Assembly (NCBI GenBank): GCA_963803435.1
Contig: CAWDML010000006.1
Location: 1 to 64,000 of the forward strand
Length of the DNA stretch: 64,000 nucleotides
DNA from: an uncultured delta proteobacterium
Lineage (GTDB): Bacteria; Myxococcota; Kuafuiibacteriia; Kuafuiibacteriales; Kuafuiibacteriaceae
Direction of reading: 5' to 3'
The translations under genes and the position numbers were made by a program. The notes beneath the pieces are model-generated. The model worked only from the letters and a program-made list of their open reading frames with translations. It was not told the DNA's origin and searched no databases. Shown one piece after another: positions 1-10,640 of the stretch (the first letter of the stretch is position 1; each line of letters opens with the position of its first letter).

Positions 1-200
1 CCGCGCGCGGCACAAGCAGCATTATCCCGCGTCCCGATTTATGCCGCGCGCTACGATTCTTGATTGCCACGTGGATGGGGGAGTCCCTCTCGGTGGTGAT
101 CGACGCGGCATAACCAGGTCTCGTCTCCTGCCCGGCGATCGACGCCGGACGAAGGAGACGACGGTGGAACAATTCTTCACGGCGCTATGCAGCGCCCCGT

Positions 201-1397
201 TTGTGCTCGAGTCCTCTCGGGCCGTGGCTCGACTCATTCGTCGAAAGACTTTCTGGGCTTGGATACACGCCCGGCTCCTGCCGATCGTACGTGGTGCTTG
301 CAGCGGATCTCGGTCGGTGGATGGCTGAGAGCGCCCTGCCGATCGCGAGTCTCGACGAGTCCGCGATCGAGGCTTACCTCGACGCCCGCGGAACGCAGCG
401 CGAGCGTCGGCGGTGTGCATCTAACCACGCTCTTGCGCATCTGCGTGCGGAGGGCGTCGCCGCTCAGGGAGAGGTCCACCACGATCGATCTGCCGCGACC
501 GTTCTCGGTGAGCGCTACGCCATGTGCATGCGGAAGCAGCGCGGCGCCGCTGATGGGACGGTTGACGGTTACTTTGCAGTGGTCCGCGATTTCCTCGGCC
601 ACCGCTTCGGCAGTGGCAATCCGGACGTCGCTGCCCTCACGGCGTCGGATATCGCGGAGTACCTGGCCGGACGAGCTCTCACGCTTTCGCCGAAGAGGAT
701 GGCCTATCTCGCGTCGGCGCTGCGCTCGTTTTTCCGCTTCCTCTTCGCCCACGGTGAGACCGCAACGGATCTGTCAGCGGCGACGCCGATAGCTCAGTTG
801 CGGCACCGCGCAACGGTCCCTCGCTACCTCTCGCCTCCGGAGGTCAGGAGGCTGCTCGACAGCTGCGATGTGGACACCTCGGCTGGGAGGAGGAATCGGG
901 CGATCCTGCTTCTGCTGGTCCGCCTCGGCCTCCGTGCCGGAGAGGTGGCCGCGCTCGAGCTCGACGACATTCGCTGGAAGTCGGCGGAGCTCGTCGTTCA
1001 TGGAAAAGGAAGCCGGGTTGATCGCCTTCCTCTTTTGTCCGACGTCGGAGAGGCAATCGCGCTCTACTTGAGAAACGACCGTCCAGCCGACGTCGTCACT
1101 CGTCGGGTGTTTCTGCGGCTCTGTGCACCGGTGCGGGAGATCGGCGGGCGCGAAGCAATCAGCACCGTCGTGCGGACCAGTTTGGCAAAGGCAGGGCTAA
1201 ACCCGCTCGTGCGGGGGGCACATCTGCTGCGGCACTCCCTCGGAACGCAGATGATCCGAGATGGTGCGTCGATGGCCGAGATCGCTGAGGTCCTTCGGCA
1301 TCAGTGTCCGGACTCGACTGCCATCTACGCAAAGGTCGATTTCGACGCCTTGCGAGGTCTGGCTCAACCATGGCCGGCGATGGGAGGCGGACGATGA
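201..1397 (+). CDS. Tyrosine recombinase RitA; 5' end carries small indels relative to copy 2, whose start corresponds to ~160
   Basis: LGLRAGEV, HLLRHSLG, LRHQ and TAIYAK catalytic motifs; nearly identical to 55180-56418. Confidence 0.9.
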   Translation: MCSSPLGPWLDSFVERLSGLGYTPGSCRSYVVLAADLGRWMAESALPIASLDESAIEAYLDARGTQRERRRCASNHALAHLRAEGVAAQGEVHHDRSAATVLGERYAMCMRKQRGAADGTVDGYFAVVRDFLGHRFGSGNPDVAALTASDIAEYLAGRALTLSPKRMAYLASALRSFFRFLFAHGETATDLSAATPIAQLRHRATVPRYLSPPEVRRLLDSCDVDTSAGRRNRAILLLLVRLGLRAGEVAALELDDIRWKSAELVVHGKGSRVDRLPLLSDVGEAIALYLRNDRPADVVTRRVFLRLCAPVREIGGREAISTVVRTSLAKAGLNPLVRGAHLLRHSLGTQMIRDGASMAEIAEVLRHQCPDSTAIYAKVDFDALRGLAQPWPAMGGGR

Positions 1398-2341
1398 ACG
1401 ACCTCTGGAAGGCACTCGAGGAGTATCTCGCTGTCCGTCGTGCGCTGGGGTTCAAGCTTCGCCAGACGGAGCGTTTCCTTCGGAAGTTTGTACATTTCGC
1501 CGAGACGGAGGGTGCCTCCGTCATCACGACGAAGCTCGCTCTGCGATGGGCGCAGGAGGATCCAGCAGCCGCTTCTGTTATTCACTCCGATCGACTGGCC
1601 ATGGTCCGGCGGTTCGCCGCTTGGAGAAGCGCCGACGATCCTCGTACCGAGATTCCACCTCCGAGGCTCCTACCGCGGCGATACCGAAGGCCAGCCCCGT
1701 ACATCTACACCGACGACGAGATCGACCGCATCATCATCGCCGCTGCGTCCCTCCCGTCGAACCACGGACTGCGCGGGCTGACATGCTCGACTCTATATGG
1801 GCTCCTCGCCGTCACGGGCATGCGCATAGGCGAGGCGGTCGCTCTCGACCGCGACGACGTGGATCTGCGGACCGGCATCGTCGCCGTGCGCGAAGGAAAG
1901 CTTGGGAAGACCCGCTTCATCCCGGTCCATGTCAGTACGGCGAAAGCTCTGGAAGACTACTCGACGAAGAGAGACGCGCTTCTGGGCACGCGGATGACGT
2001 CCGCCTTCTTCGTGTCGGATCGCGGTCGTCGCCTGTCGGCGTTCACTGCAGGGGAGAACTTCGTCAAGGTCTTGCAAACGATCGGGCTCCGCGTGCCCAC
2101 CCCGGACGGTGGTCGCGGCCGTGGACCACGCGTGCACGATCTCCGCCATCGATTCGCAGTCTCCACGCTCATTCACTGGTACCGCGCCGGAGCCGATGTC
2201 GATCTCGAGATCCCAAAGCTGGCCACCTTTCTCGGGCACATGGGCCCCAAGGAGGTCTACTGGTACCTGCAGGCGGTTCCCGAGCTGCTTGAGCTCGCGA
2301 CCCAGCGATCCCGATCAACGGGATCGGGTGGTGCACCATGA
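1394..2341 (+). CDS. Tyrosine recombinase RitB
   Basis: TGMRIGE, HDLRHRF, LGH, YWYL motifs; ATGA overlap with upstream gene. Confidence 0.92.
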   Translation: MNDLWKALEEYLAVRRALGFKLRQTERFLRKFVHFAETEGASVITTKLALRWAQEDPAAASVIHSDRLAMVRRFAAWRSADDPRTEIPPPRLLPRRYRRPAPYIYTDDEIDRIIIAAASLPSNHGLRGLTCSTLYGLLAVTGMRIGEAVALDRDDVDLRTGIVAVREGKLGKTRFIPVHVSTAKALEDYSTKRDALLGTRMTSAFFVSDRGRRLSAFTAGENFVKVLQTIGLRVPTPDGGRGRGPRVHDLRHRFAVSTLIHWYRAGADVDLEIPKLATFLGHMGPKEVYWYLQAVPELLELATQRSRSTGSGGAP

Positions 2342-3333
2342 GCACCGCCGCGACTCTCGCCGCTCTCGTGCAAGGATTCTTCACGGAACGCCTGCTTCAC
2401 CAGATGCGGGCCAGTCCGAACACCGTTGCTGCATACCGAGATGCGTTCCGCCTTTTGCTCCGGTACGCCTCGAACACCCTCGGAAAGGAACCCGCGGAGC
2501 TCGCCATCGATGATCTCGTTCCGGCTTTGGTGATCGACTTCCTGGACGACCTCGAATCGCAACGCGGGAACCAGGTGCGGACGCGGAATAATCGGCTCGC
2601 TGCGATCCGCTCCTTCTTTCGCTACGTCGCGATGAACGAGCCGGCGCACGCTCTGCAATGCCAGCGCATCCTTGCCATCCCACAGAAGCGCCAGCAGAAG
2701 AAGGCCATCGAGTTTCTCGAGCACGAAGAGATCGAATCCCTGGTGGCAGCTCCCGATCCTTCGACCTGGCTTGGGCGACGCGACAGGATGATCCTCCTCG
2801 TTCTGGCTCAGACAGGTCTTCGCGTTTCAGAGCTCACCTCACTGCGACGTGGAAGCGTCGTTCTAGGAGCGAGTGCTCACGTCCGCTGCGAGGGTAAGGG
2901 GCGCAAGCAACGTTCTATTCCCCTGCGCCGGGAGGTGGCTGGAGCGCTCGCGACGTGGATCGAGGAGGAGAGCCTCGCGGCGGAGGACTATCTCTTCCCG
3001 AGCAGCCGTGGCGGCCGGATCAGCATGGACGCAGTACAGCGCCTGGTGAAGAAGCACGCGCGCGCGGCCACAACTCCGTCGATTGCCGAGAAAGACGTCA
3101 CTCCTCACGTGCTGAGGCACTCCACGGCGATGGCGTTACGCGAGCGGGGGGTGGACCTGAGCGTGATCGCATTGTGGCTGGGCCATGAGTCGATCGACAC
3201 GACGCAAATGTATCTCCACGCCGACATCAAGCTGAAGGAACGAGCGCTCGCACGAACCAAGGCGATCCATGACGGCGCTGAGGGGCGCTTCCAGCCAGAA
3301 GACGAGCTGATGGCGTACCTCGACCGTCTATGA
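2338..3333 (+). CDS. Tyrosine recombinase RitC
   Basis: TGLRVSE, HVLRHS, LGHES, TQMY motifs; ATGA overlap. Confidence 0.92.
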   Translation: MSTAATLAALVQGFFTERLLHQMRASPNTVAAYRDAFRLLLRYASNTLGKEPAELAIDDLVPALVIDFLDDLESQRGNQVRTRNNRLAAIRSFFRYVAMNEPAHALQCQRILAIPQKRQQKKAIEFLEHEEIESLVAAPDPSTWLGRRDRMILLVLAQTGLRVSELTSLRRGSVVLGASAHVRCEGKGRKQRSIPLRREVAGALATWIEEESLAAEDYLFPSSRGGRISMDAVQRLVKKHARAATTPSIAEKDVTPHVLRHSTAMALRERGVDLSVIALWLGHESIDTTQMYLHADIKLKERALARTKAIHDGAEGRFQPEDELMAYLDRL

Positions 3334-3431
3334 TTATGCCGCGTCGTACAGTCGGCTCGCTCTATTGAACGGCGTCCTCTCCAGCCGCCTGTCGTTCGAC
3401 GCGGCATAAATCGGGACGCGGGATAATGCTG

Positions 3432-4257
3432 CAAGAGCTGGCTCGGTCTCGACCTCGTGGTCTCGGTCGCGAGCAACTCGGCGTGCCTCGATCGCTTCGA
3501 GGTCCGTCGCGGCGGGAACGTGCTCATCTATCTCGCCGAAGACGCCAATCACATCGTCCGCTCGCGGCTCGAAGGGATCGCGCGCCATCGCGAACTGCGG
3601 CTCGAAGATCTGCCGATTGAGGCCGTCCAGGTCCCTTCGCTGCGGCTCGACACTGCGCAGGATCAAACGCGACTTCGAAAAACGATCGAGGACAAGAAGC
3701 CGGTCTTACTGCTCCTCGATCGCTTCGTCCGACTCCATCGCAGCAACGAGAACGACGTCGGCGAGGTGTCGGCGATCCTCGCCTATCTCCGGGAGCTCCA
3801 GCGCGCGTGCGACACCGCGGTGGTCGTGGTCCATCACGCGAGAAAGAACGGGACGCAGGGCGCACCGGGGCAAGCGCTCCGAGGATCGGGAGACTTCCAC
3901 GCTTGGGGCGATTCGAATCTCTACCTGAAGCGCCACCGAGATCGGCTCATCCTCACCGTCGAACATCGCGCCGCGCCCGCACCCGAGCCATTTCTGCTCG
4001 CACTTGCCGGCGCCGAGGATGCGACTCACCTCGCGCTCGCGCCAGAGCCTGCATCCGCGCCGCTGGAGGAGCCGCTCGATCTCAAGATCCTCGATACGCT
4101 TCGCAGCGCAGGCCAGCCGACGACCAGATCCGATCTCCGTCGGCTACTGCGCCTACGAAACCAAACGCTCGGCGACGCGCTTCGACGCCTCGAACAGCAA
4201 CATCGGATCGATCTCACCGACGCCGGCTACTCCGTCGTTCCCAATTCCCAGTCCTAG
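3432..4257 (+). pseudogene. 3' part of AAA_25 (RepA/RecA-like) ATPase with C-terminal wHTH-like region, split by RIT in Walker A
   Basis: Reads (CC)KSWLGLDL directly after the RIT end; IYLAED, LLLLD, VVVHHARK, LRGSGDFHAWGDS; paralog of 21280-22304. Confidence 0.85.
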
Positions 4258-4401
4258 GAGTGAACGGGAACGGAATCCGGAATCGAGCTCGGTGTGGAGC
4301 GCCGGGCGCGCTTCTTCGCGGCACACCCCGAGCCTGCCGATCGTCCGGCGCGGAACGCCGAGCCGGCGCGCGCGCAACCGATCGCGCTGATCTCGACGAC
4401 A

Positions 4402-5337
4402 TCAAGCGCGCGCCAGCGGCCGAAGAATCCCGACGGAAATCCGGGACGAAGTCTTCAGATCAAACCGGGCTGGTACACTACGCATCCGGTCCGCGCCGGT
4501 ACACCGTCTACGCCCGGACGCTACCCACAGAAGGAGTGCCGCAAAGACCATCGCCAGATCGAGCCACCTAGGGGGTTGCGAGCTACCGACGCATGCGCAG
4601 CCCATTGACAGCTTCAAGTGAACCTCCGAACCCGTCTCGTATTCTCTCCCAGCAACATCGAGCACGGTAACGCGATAGTATCTCTCCGCCTCTTCACTCC
4701 CTGCAAACCCCGTAACCTCAAGTCGCCCAGGTTCCCGTTCGAGAAGGTCGAGCCGAGCGCCAACCAGAAAGGCTTCACTGCCTGCACTTCGTTCATAGAG
4801 CAGCAGGCCTACAACGCCGGGATCGTTCTCTGGATCGTCGACCGCAGCCGAGACATAGAACCCCGGTTGAGCACACTGCAATCGCTGTGGCGGATTGTAG
4901 TGATAATCGATCTCGACCAAGTCGCGCAGAGCTGGCTGCATGGCGAAATTTTCGCCGTACTTGAAGGCAATGCTAAGCACCTCGATCGGTCCTTCCGCGC
5001 CCGTCGCTGACCACCGAAATCTCGCGTCCGCAAGCGGAACACCGGGCGGAAGAACGATCATCAAGTCGCCACCCAGTACGAGCGGCTCCCCAAGGTCCAC
5101 AGTATCGGCCCCGATGCTGATTGAAAATCTTTGGTTCGCACCATAAATCTGAAGAAACTGGGTTCCTCCAGAGATAAACAAGTTCGCATCCAATGGAACC
5201 GACTCGTCACCCGGAAAGGGGCGGGTGGGGCCTAAAGATACACTTGGTGAACAGGCCCACGCGTTTCCGGCATAGAGAACCAGGAACAGGCCGACCGCAG
5301 TCCACCCAACAGTAAGCGCGCGGAGTGTTTGTCCCAT
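4402..5337 (-). CDS. Secreted/surface protein with MYXO-CTERM-like tail (natural end probably near 4500)
   Basis: N-terminal signal (AWA-C); C-terminal GCAC, hydrophobic helix, RRR; lower GC. Confidence 0.6.
   Translation of the reverse strand: MGQTLRALTVGWTAVGLFLVLYAGNAWACSPSVSLGPTRPFPGDESVPLDANLFISGGTQFLQIYGANQRFSISIGADTVDLGEPLVLGGDLMIVLPPGVPLADARFRWSATGAEGPIEVLSIAFKYGENFAMQPALRDLVEIDYHYNPPQRLQCAQPGFYVSAAVDDPENDPGVVGLLLYERSAGSEAFLVGARLDLLEREPGRLEVTGFAGSEEAERYYRVTVLDVAGREYETGSEVHLKLSMGCACVGSSQPPRWLDLAMVFAALLLWVASGRRRCTGADRMRSVPARFDLKTSSRISVGILRPLARA
4477..4503. repeat. Probable transposon right end (...GGTACA), inverted copy of 18223-18249
   Basis: 26/27 identity to the reverse complement of 18223-18249; ends in ACA. 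Confidence 0.7.
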
Positions 5338-5358
5338 GCTTTGGCTCCCGAAATGATC

Positions 5359-5944
5359 CTACCTCACGTTTACCGAAATCTGCAATTCGGCAGGGAAGGT
5401 CTGCCCAATGGCATCAACGTAAACAATGGCTGCAAACCGCCCGCTGGACGATGGCTTGAACGGGACGGTGATATCCAGGCGGCGTTCGCCACGACTCATG
5501 ACTCGTTCGATCGAATCATCAACCTCAAAGGGAAGCTGCGCCGCTGTACCATCCGGGTGCGTAAGCTCGGGTATCGCAAAATCGGGCGACGCCGACTCGA
5601 CGTAAACCGAGGTCACGGATGTTGTCATTTCCAGAAGTGCTCCGCAAAAAAATCCAAAATAGTATGACCCTCCAACGGCTGCGTCCCGACGGTCGACACT
5701 CGTCACCGGGCACAGAAGCGGAGACTTGACACCCACAAGCGATACCTCTACATATTGACTCTCCGGCGATATCACCCAAAGAGTTGCTTGATCAAGCTTG
5801 CGACCTTGGAAAATCGAGTAGTAGACGGACAGTCCCACTTCTTCGTCGGGTTCCAAATCGAACGGCACACGCTCAGGGCCGTCGACGGTAAACGCATAGG
5901 ATGATGGTCCTACAACATTCCAGCCAGCGATCGTCAGCGGCCAA
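5359..5944 (-). pseudogene. Beta-rich (Ig-like) protein fragment, 5' end cut by ISAzo13
   Basis: Open frame with tandem repeats such as PFDLEPDEEVGLSVYY / PFEV...LDITVPFKPSSSG; abuts the IS end. Confidence 0.45.
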
Positions 5945-5981
5945 TAAGGGCCCGTGCCAGATTTAGCTGATCGTCGCTGCA

Positions 5982-6224
5982 TTACGCGGAAATTGAGTAG
6001 TTCCATTCACCGTGGAAGCGGGCTCGCTTGATGGGGACCTTGGCGAGGTCTTCGTCCGCGACTTTCGTGCCCGCTGGATAGGAGCCGTGATCGGCCTCAG
6101 CTCGAACGCGGAGGCCCGTCTGCGTGGTGGTGTTGGCGATGAGGTTGACGATGACTTCGAGCGAGAGGAGCGGCTGTCCGCGCCAGTTCATGGAGATATG
6201 GGAGAAGAGCCGGTGCTCGATCTT
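5982..6224 (-). pseudogene. ISAzo13 transposase, C-terminal part
   Basis: KIEHRLFSHISMNWRGQPL...FHGEWNYSI continues PPGTSKWNK from 8600. Confidence 0.88.
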
Positions 6225-6375
6225 TGATGGTTCCGGAAATTCTGCTGCCTCCCGTTCCGGAAATTCTGCTGCTTCGAAGCGAAAGGAGCGAGCAGGATGA
6301 TTCACGCGTTGATCTTGGCCATCATGGGAGCGCTGATGCCGATTCGGGGTTCGAGCGGATACGGGAGCGGGGACA

Positions 6376-7787
6376 TGATCCCGCTCCTCAAACGCCACGA
6401 GATCCAGGTGCTTCTCAAGGCGGGCTTCTCGACCCGAGACGTCGCCGAGCGCAGCGGCACTTCAATCGACACGGTGAGACGGGTTCGACGCGAGGCCGAT
6501 GTCGAGCAGACGGATGACCGCGCCTTGCGAGCGGAGCGGAAGATCGGCCGACCCTCGAAGGCGGCGCCGTTCGCGGACAAGGTGAGGGCTTGGCTCGTGG
6601 AGGATCCGAGGCTGCCCACGCAGGAGCTTCTCCGGCGGGGGAAGGACTCTGGATATGGCGGAAGCAAGACTGCGTTCTACGCTTTGGTCGCGGGTCTCAG
6701 GCCCCCGAAGGCGACTCCGGTCGTGCGCTTCGAAGGCCTGCCGGGCGAGTTCTCGCAGCACGACTTCGGTCACGTCGACGTGAAGTTCGTCGATGGTCGC
6801 AAGCAGCGGATCCACTTCTTCGCCTCCCGCCTGAAGTATTCGCGGTTTGCGCGAGTCACCCTCGTTGAGGACGAGCGTGTCGAGACGATCGTTCGCTGTC
6901 TCGCTCGGGACTTCGTGGCGTTCGGGGGCCTGCCGTTGATGGCGGTCTTCGATCGACCGCGTACCATCGTCAAAAAGGCGGGCAGAGGTCGTGACGTCGA
7001 GGAGTTCAACGCCACCTTTGCTCAAGCCATCGTCGACATCGGCGTCGGCGTCGAGATGTGCGCTCCGAGGAGCGGCAACCAGAAGGGGTCCGTGGAGCGG
7101 CTCGTCGGTTGGGTGAAAAGCTCGTTCTTCAAGCACCGCAAGTTCCAAGACATGGAGGACCTGCGGACGCAGCTCGATGCCTGGCATCTCGAGGTCAACA
7201 CGAAGACACCCTCGCGAGCGACGGGCGTGATTCCGGAAATCCGGCGTCAGGAGGAGCTCGCCCGTCTTCGACCCATCAAGGTGTTTCCGGAAACGCTCGC
7301 CTTGCGCATGCCCATCTTCGTTGGACCCACGGCCGAGGTCATGTTCGAGGGCGTCGCGTACTCGATGCCTCCTGGGGCGACCCACGTAGCGGGGACGCTC
7401 TTCTTGTACGAGGACCAGGTTCGCATCGTCGCAGGCCGCTTCGAGTGCGAGCATCGTCGACGAAAGACCGGCGAGCCACCTTCGCCGTTACCTGAGCATC
7501 GTGCGGCCAAGATCGCCGCGGTTCATGGGAAGCGCGCCAAGCTATACGAGAAGCGCCAACAGATCCTCAACCTTGGTCCTGCGGCGCTCGCGTTGCTCAC
7601 AGAGATCACTCACCAAGATCCCAAGCTTTCACACCGGCGTGTCGAGGAGCTGTACGAGTTGCTCGAGCAATATGGAGACGACCTCCTGCGCTCCGCCATC
7701 ACCCAGGCCGTCGAGGAGGGGCGTCTCTCTGTCGCCGGAGTACGTCGCGGGATCCTAGCGAACGCGGCGCGCCGAGGTGCGCGATGA
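6376..7787 (+). CDS. istA: IS21 transposase
   Basis: RFEGLPGEFSQHDFG, VFDRP, KGSVERLVG motifs. Confidence 0.92.
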
Positions 7788-8599
7788 CGACCGACCTCGA
7801 CGTGTTTCTCAGACGTCTTCACCTGGCCAATGCACGTCGCGTTTGGCGAGCGCTGGTTGAGCGCGCCGAGAAGGAGCAGTGGTCGCATGGGCAGCTCCTG
7901 GAGACGCTCTTCGCGGAGGAGATCGCGCACCGCCGGGGCACGAGGCTGATGCGGGCCACCCGCACGGCCGCGTTCCCCTTCTTACGCACGATCGAGGAGT
8001 TCGACTTCTCGTATCAGTCGGCGCTTCGTCTCACCACGATCGGCTCTCTGCTCGCACCCGACTTCGTCACCGAAGGCCGCTCGGTGATCCTCGAAGGCAA
8101 GCCGGGTCGAGGAAAGACCCATCTGGCGATCGCCATCGCGTATCGCGCCTTGCAGAACGGCTTCGATGCGTTGTTCACCACGGCCGCTGAGCTCATCGAT
8201 CACCTCTCCTCGGCGAGTCGCTCGGGGCGTCTGCAGGACGCAATCGCCAAGTACCTAAAGCCGAACGTCCTTGTAGTCGATGAGGTCGGCTACCTCGCGT
8301 GCAGCGACGACGCTGCCAACGTGCTCTATCACGTCGTGAATGACCGCCACATTCGGCGCCGATCGATGCTCTTCACGACGAACAAGCATCCGAAACGTTG
8401 GGGCGTGGCGCTTCACGATGAGGACTTGGCCGAGGCAATCGTCGACCGGATTCTTGAACGCGGACGCTTGTTGCGCCTCGACGGCCCGTCGGTGAGAACG
8501 AAACACTTGCCCGAAGACGACCTCGTCGAGGAGGTTCAGGACAACTCAACCGGCAGCAGAATTTCTGGAAAAACGGCAGCAGAGTTTCCGGAACGCACA
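7784..8599 (+). CDS. istB: IS21 helper ATPase (frame stays open past the IS end to 9169)
   Basis: FDFSYQ, GKPGRGKTHLA, VVDEVGY, TTN, AIVDR. Confidence 0.9.
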
Positions 8600-9586
8600 A
8601 TCTTTGTTCCACTTGCTGGTGCCGGGTGGGAAGTGGCAGACGGTGATCTTCAAGCCGGTGTCTTGCGCGAGCTTGTGGAGCTCCAACTTCCAGAGGCGTG
8701 CTCGGTAGCTGTTGCTCCCGCCACCGTCAGCGGTGACGAGGAGTTCGGTCGCCTTTGGATAGAGACAGGCGCCCATGTTCCGCCACCAGCGCCGGATGGT
8801 CTCCACGGCAAAGGCCGGCGTATCGTGGTCGACGCCAACGCTGACCCAGCCCTCGTTCGCGGCGAGGTCGAAAACGCCGTACGGGATCGCCTTCCCGAGC
8901 TTGGGATCCTTGAAATCGTGAACTCGAACTTGGTCCGGATTCCCTTCCTCCCGCCATTCGCGACCACCGTTCTTGAAGTCCCCAACCAGTTCCTTCTTCT
9001 TCGTATCGACGGAGATCACCGGTTGGCCTCGTCGCTGGAAGTCCTTCACGGTCCGGTTGATGTGCTCGAACTGTGCGTTTCGATCTGGATGCGACCCACC
9101 CTCGCGCGTCTTCTGATTGGCCTGGAGGCTGTAGCCGAGCTCCTTGAGCATCCTACGAACCTTCTCTAGGCTGGCCTGATGTCCCAGTGCCTTGAGCTCG
9201 GAGGAGAGCCTTCGCACGCTCTTGCAGGTCCAGCGCAGCGGCGACTCGGGATCGCCGCGCGTCAGTGGCTCGATGAGGATCTCGAGCGCGATCAGCAGCT
9301 CTGGGTCCTTGTCCTCGAGCTTCTTCCTGCCCGCCCCAGGCCGGCGCACCCGCTCCCGCTCTTCGCCGAGCGGCTCGGCTCCTTCCTCCAGTTCGCGGAT
9401 CCCCTCTCGAACCGTCGTTCGCGACAGCTTCGTTGCCGAGCACACCATGGTGATGCCGCCGCGCCCAAGCGCGATCGCCTCCGACGCAGCCCACAGGCGC
9501 CGAACTCGTTCGTTCAGGACGGGGCCCAGCACCTTGAACTTCTTGCGGAGGTCTTTGATCGTCGCGCGGATCGGGCTTGCTGACAC
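8600..9586 (-). pseudogene. ISAzo13 transposase, N-terminal part
   Basis: LNER..RLWAASEA, GDPESPLRWT, HPDRNAQFEHIN, ISVDTKKKE, ADGGGSN. Confidence 0.9.
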
Positions 9587-9644
9587 ATGAGGGTAAGATC
9601 ATCGTGCGAGCCGAATGACCATCTAAAAGATGCACGGGCCCTTA

Positions 9645-9980
9645 CTGAACTGGTCGTTGACGTATGCATTAACGGTAATCCTCCTCCTCCCTCTCCGCAT
9701 CACGGTCCCTTTAAGAGCAATAGTCCCGTGGGGGGGGGGGGGGGGGGGGGGGTTGCCGCCTATATTTGTTCCCGGTGGAGGTATGGATTCCTGCACGAAC
9801 AACAACCTTTCGAGAGATATTTGTACAAGACAGCCGGATTATCGACCCCTCTGCTATCTCGTCGGTGGCGTGATAGTTATTGATGGCGGAGGCGTGTGCT
9901 TCTATCTTTGCCAAAATATGGGTTCGCGTACGGTCCCAGCGCCTGCGACCGGAGGTTGCAGGCCAGTAATCTTCCAATAG
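9645..9980 (+). pseudogene. Cys-rich C-terminal fragment, possible Rhs toxin tip, containing a G23 tract
   Basis: Low GC, Cys-rich end, followed by small immunity-like genes; 5' end cut by ISAzo13. Confidence 0.4.
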
Positions 9981-10014
9981 GAACCTCCAGTCAGGTCAAC
10001 AGGATGGTCATTAG

Positions 10015-10536
10015 ATGATACCGCCTAAATTTCAACAGCTTGGACTGCCTGATAATAGCGTCGTGGAACAATTAATCTACAGCGAACCGGCACAAGTTCT
10101 TGTCGCGCGCGTGCGGAACGAGAACGATCTGAAACCGAGGTATCGTTTCTTTTCGCGATACACATCCGACACGCGTTATCAAGCGTTAGTAGATGATATC
10201 GAAACAAACCAAAGCTTGGTCGACCCGATCCCGTGTCCACAGAACCCTTTTCTCTACTTCAACCGAGTCCGATGGGATGATGATGGTGGCTTCTTTGAAG
10301 GCGTCTTCCGTGTCGATCTGACGTCGCGAGCCGTTGAGGCGATACCCAAGGTGGACGATGTGGAGTACATTTCCCGATTGCTCTCTATGTCGCCGGATGG
10401 GACTCATCTTATCGTCGTTTCCGCGAATCGTGACTCTCCAGGGCTAGTGTTTTCGTTTCGATATTATCTCGCATCGCTCGACGTCATGACAGGAAGGATT
10501 AACACCATCACCGAGCTTGAGGGGGTCTTCATTTGA
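10015..10536 (+). CDS. Hypothetical protein, possible immunity protein
   Basis: 173-aa low-GC ORF with normal composition, downstream of a putative toxin tip. Confidence 0.6.
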   Translation: MIPPKFQQLGLPDNSVVEQLIYSEPAQVLVARVRNENDLKPRYRFFSRYTSDTRYQALVDDIETNQSLVDPIPCPQNPFLYFNRVRWDDDGGFFEGVFRVDLTSRAVEAIPKVDDVEYISRLLSMSPDGTHLIVVSANRDSPGLVFSFRYYLASLDVMTGRINTITELEGVFI

Positions 10537-10640
10537 GGCCGCCTTATTCAGGGTCTACTATCGTTGCGACGAGCCTATGTACGCCGTTTTGTAATACGTG
10601 GTGCGATTAGGTCGCCAAATCGAATTTTGCGAGATGAGGC

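Larger units (their letters stand above)
17..3431 (+). mobile_element. RIT (Recombinase In Trio) element, copy 1
   Basis: Three overlapping tyrosine recombinase genes bounded by 32-bp perfect inverted repeats cagcattatcccgcgtcccgatttatgccgcg (17-48) and its reverse complement (3400-3431). Confidence 0.93.
6225..8599 (+). mobile_element. IS21-family element
   Basis: TG...CA ends; 24-bp IR tgatggttccggaaattctgctgc / tgtgcgttccggaaactctgctgc; internal repeats at both ends; atctt duplicated at 6220-6224 and 8600-8604. Confidence 0.92.
5945..9644 (-). mobile_element. ISAzo13-family element interrupted by IS21
   Basis: Terminal IR taagggcccgtgc (5945) / gcacgggccctta (9632-9644); transposase halves on each side of IS21. 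Confidence 0.85.
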
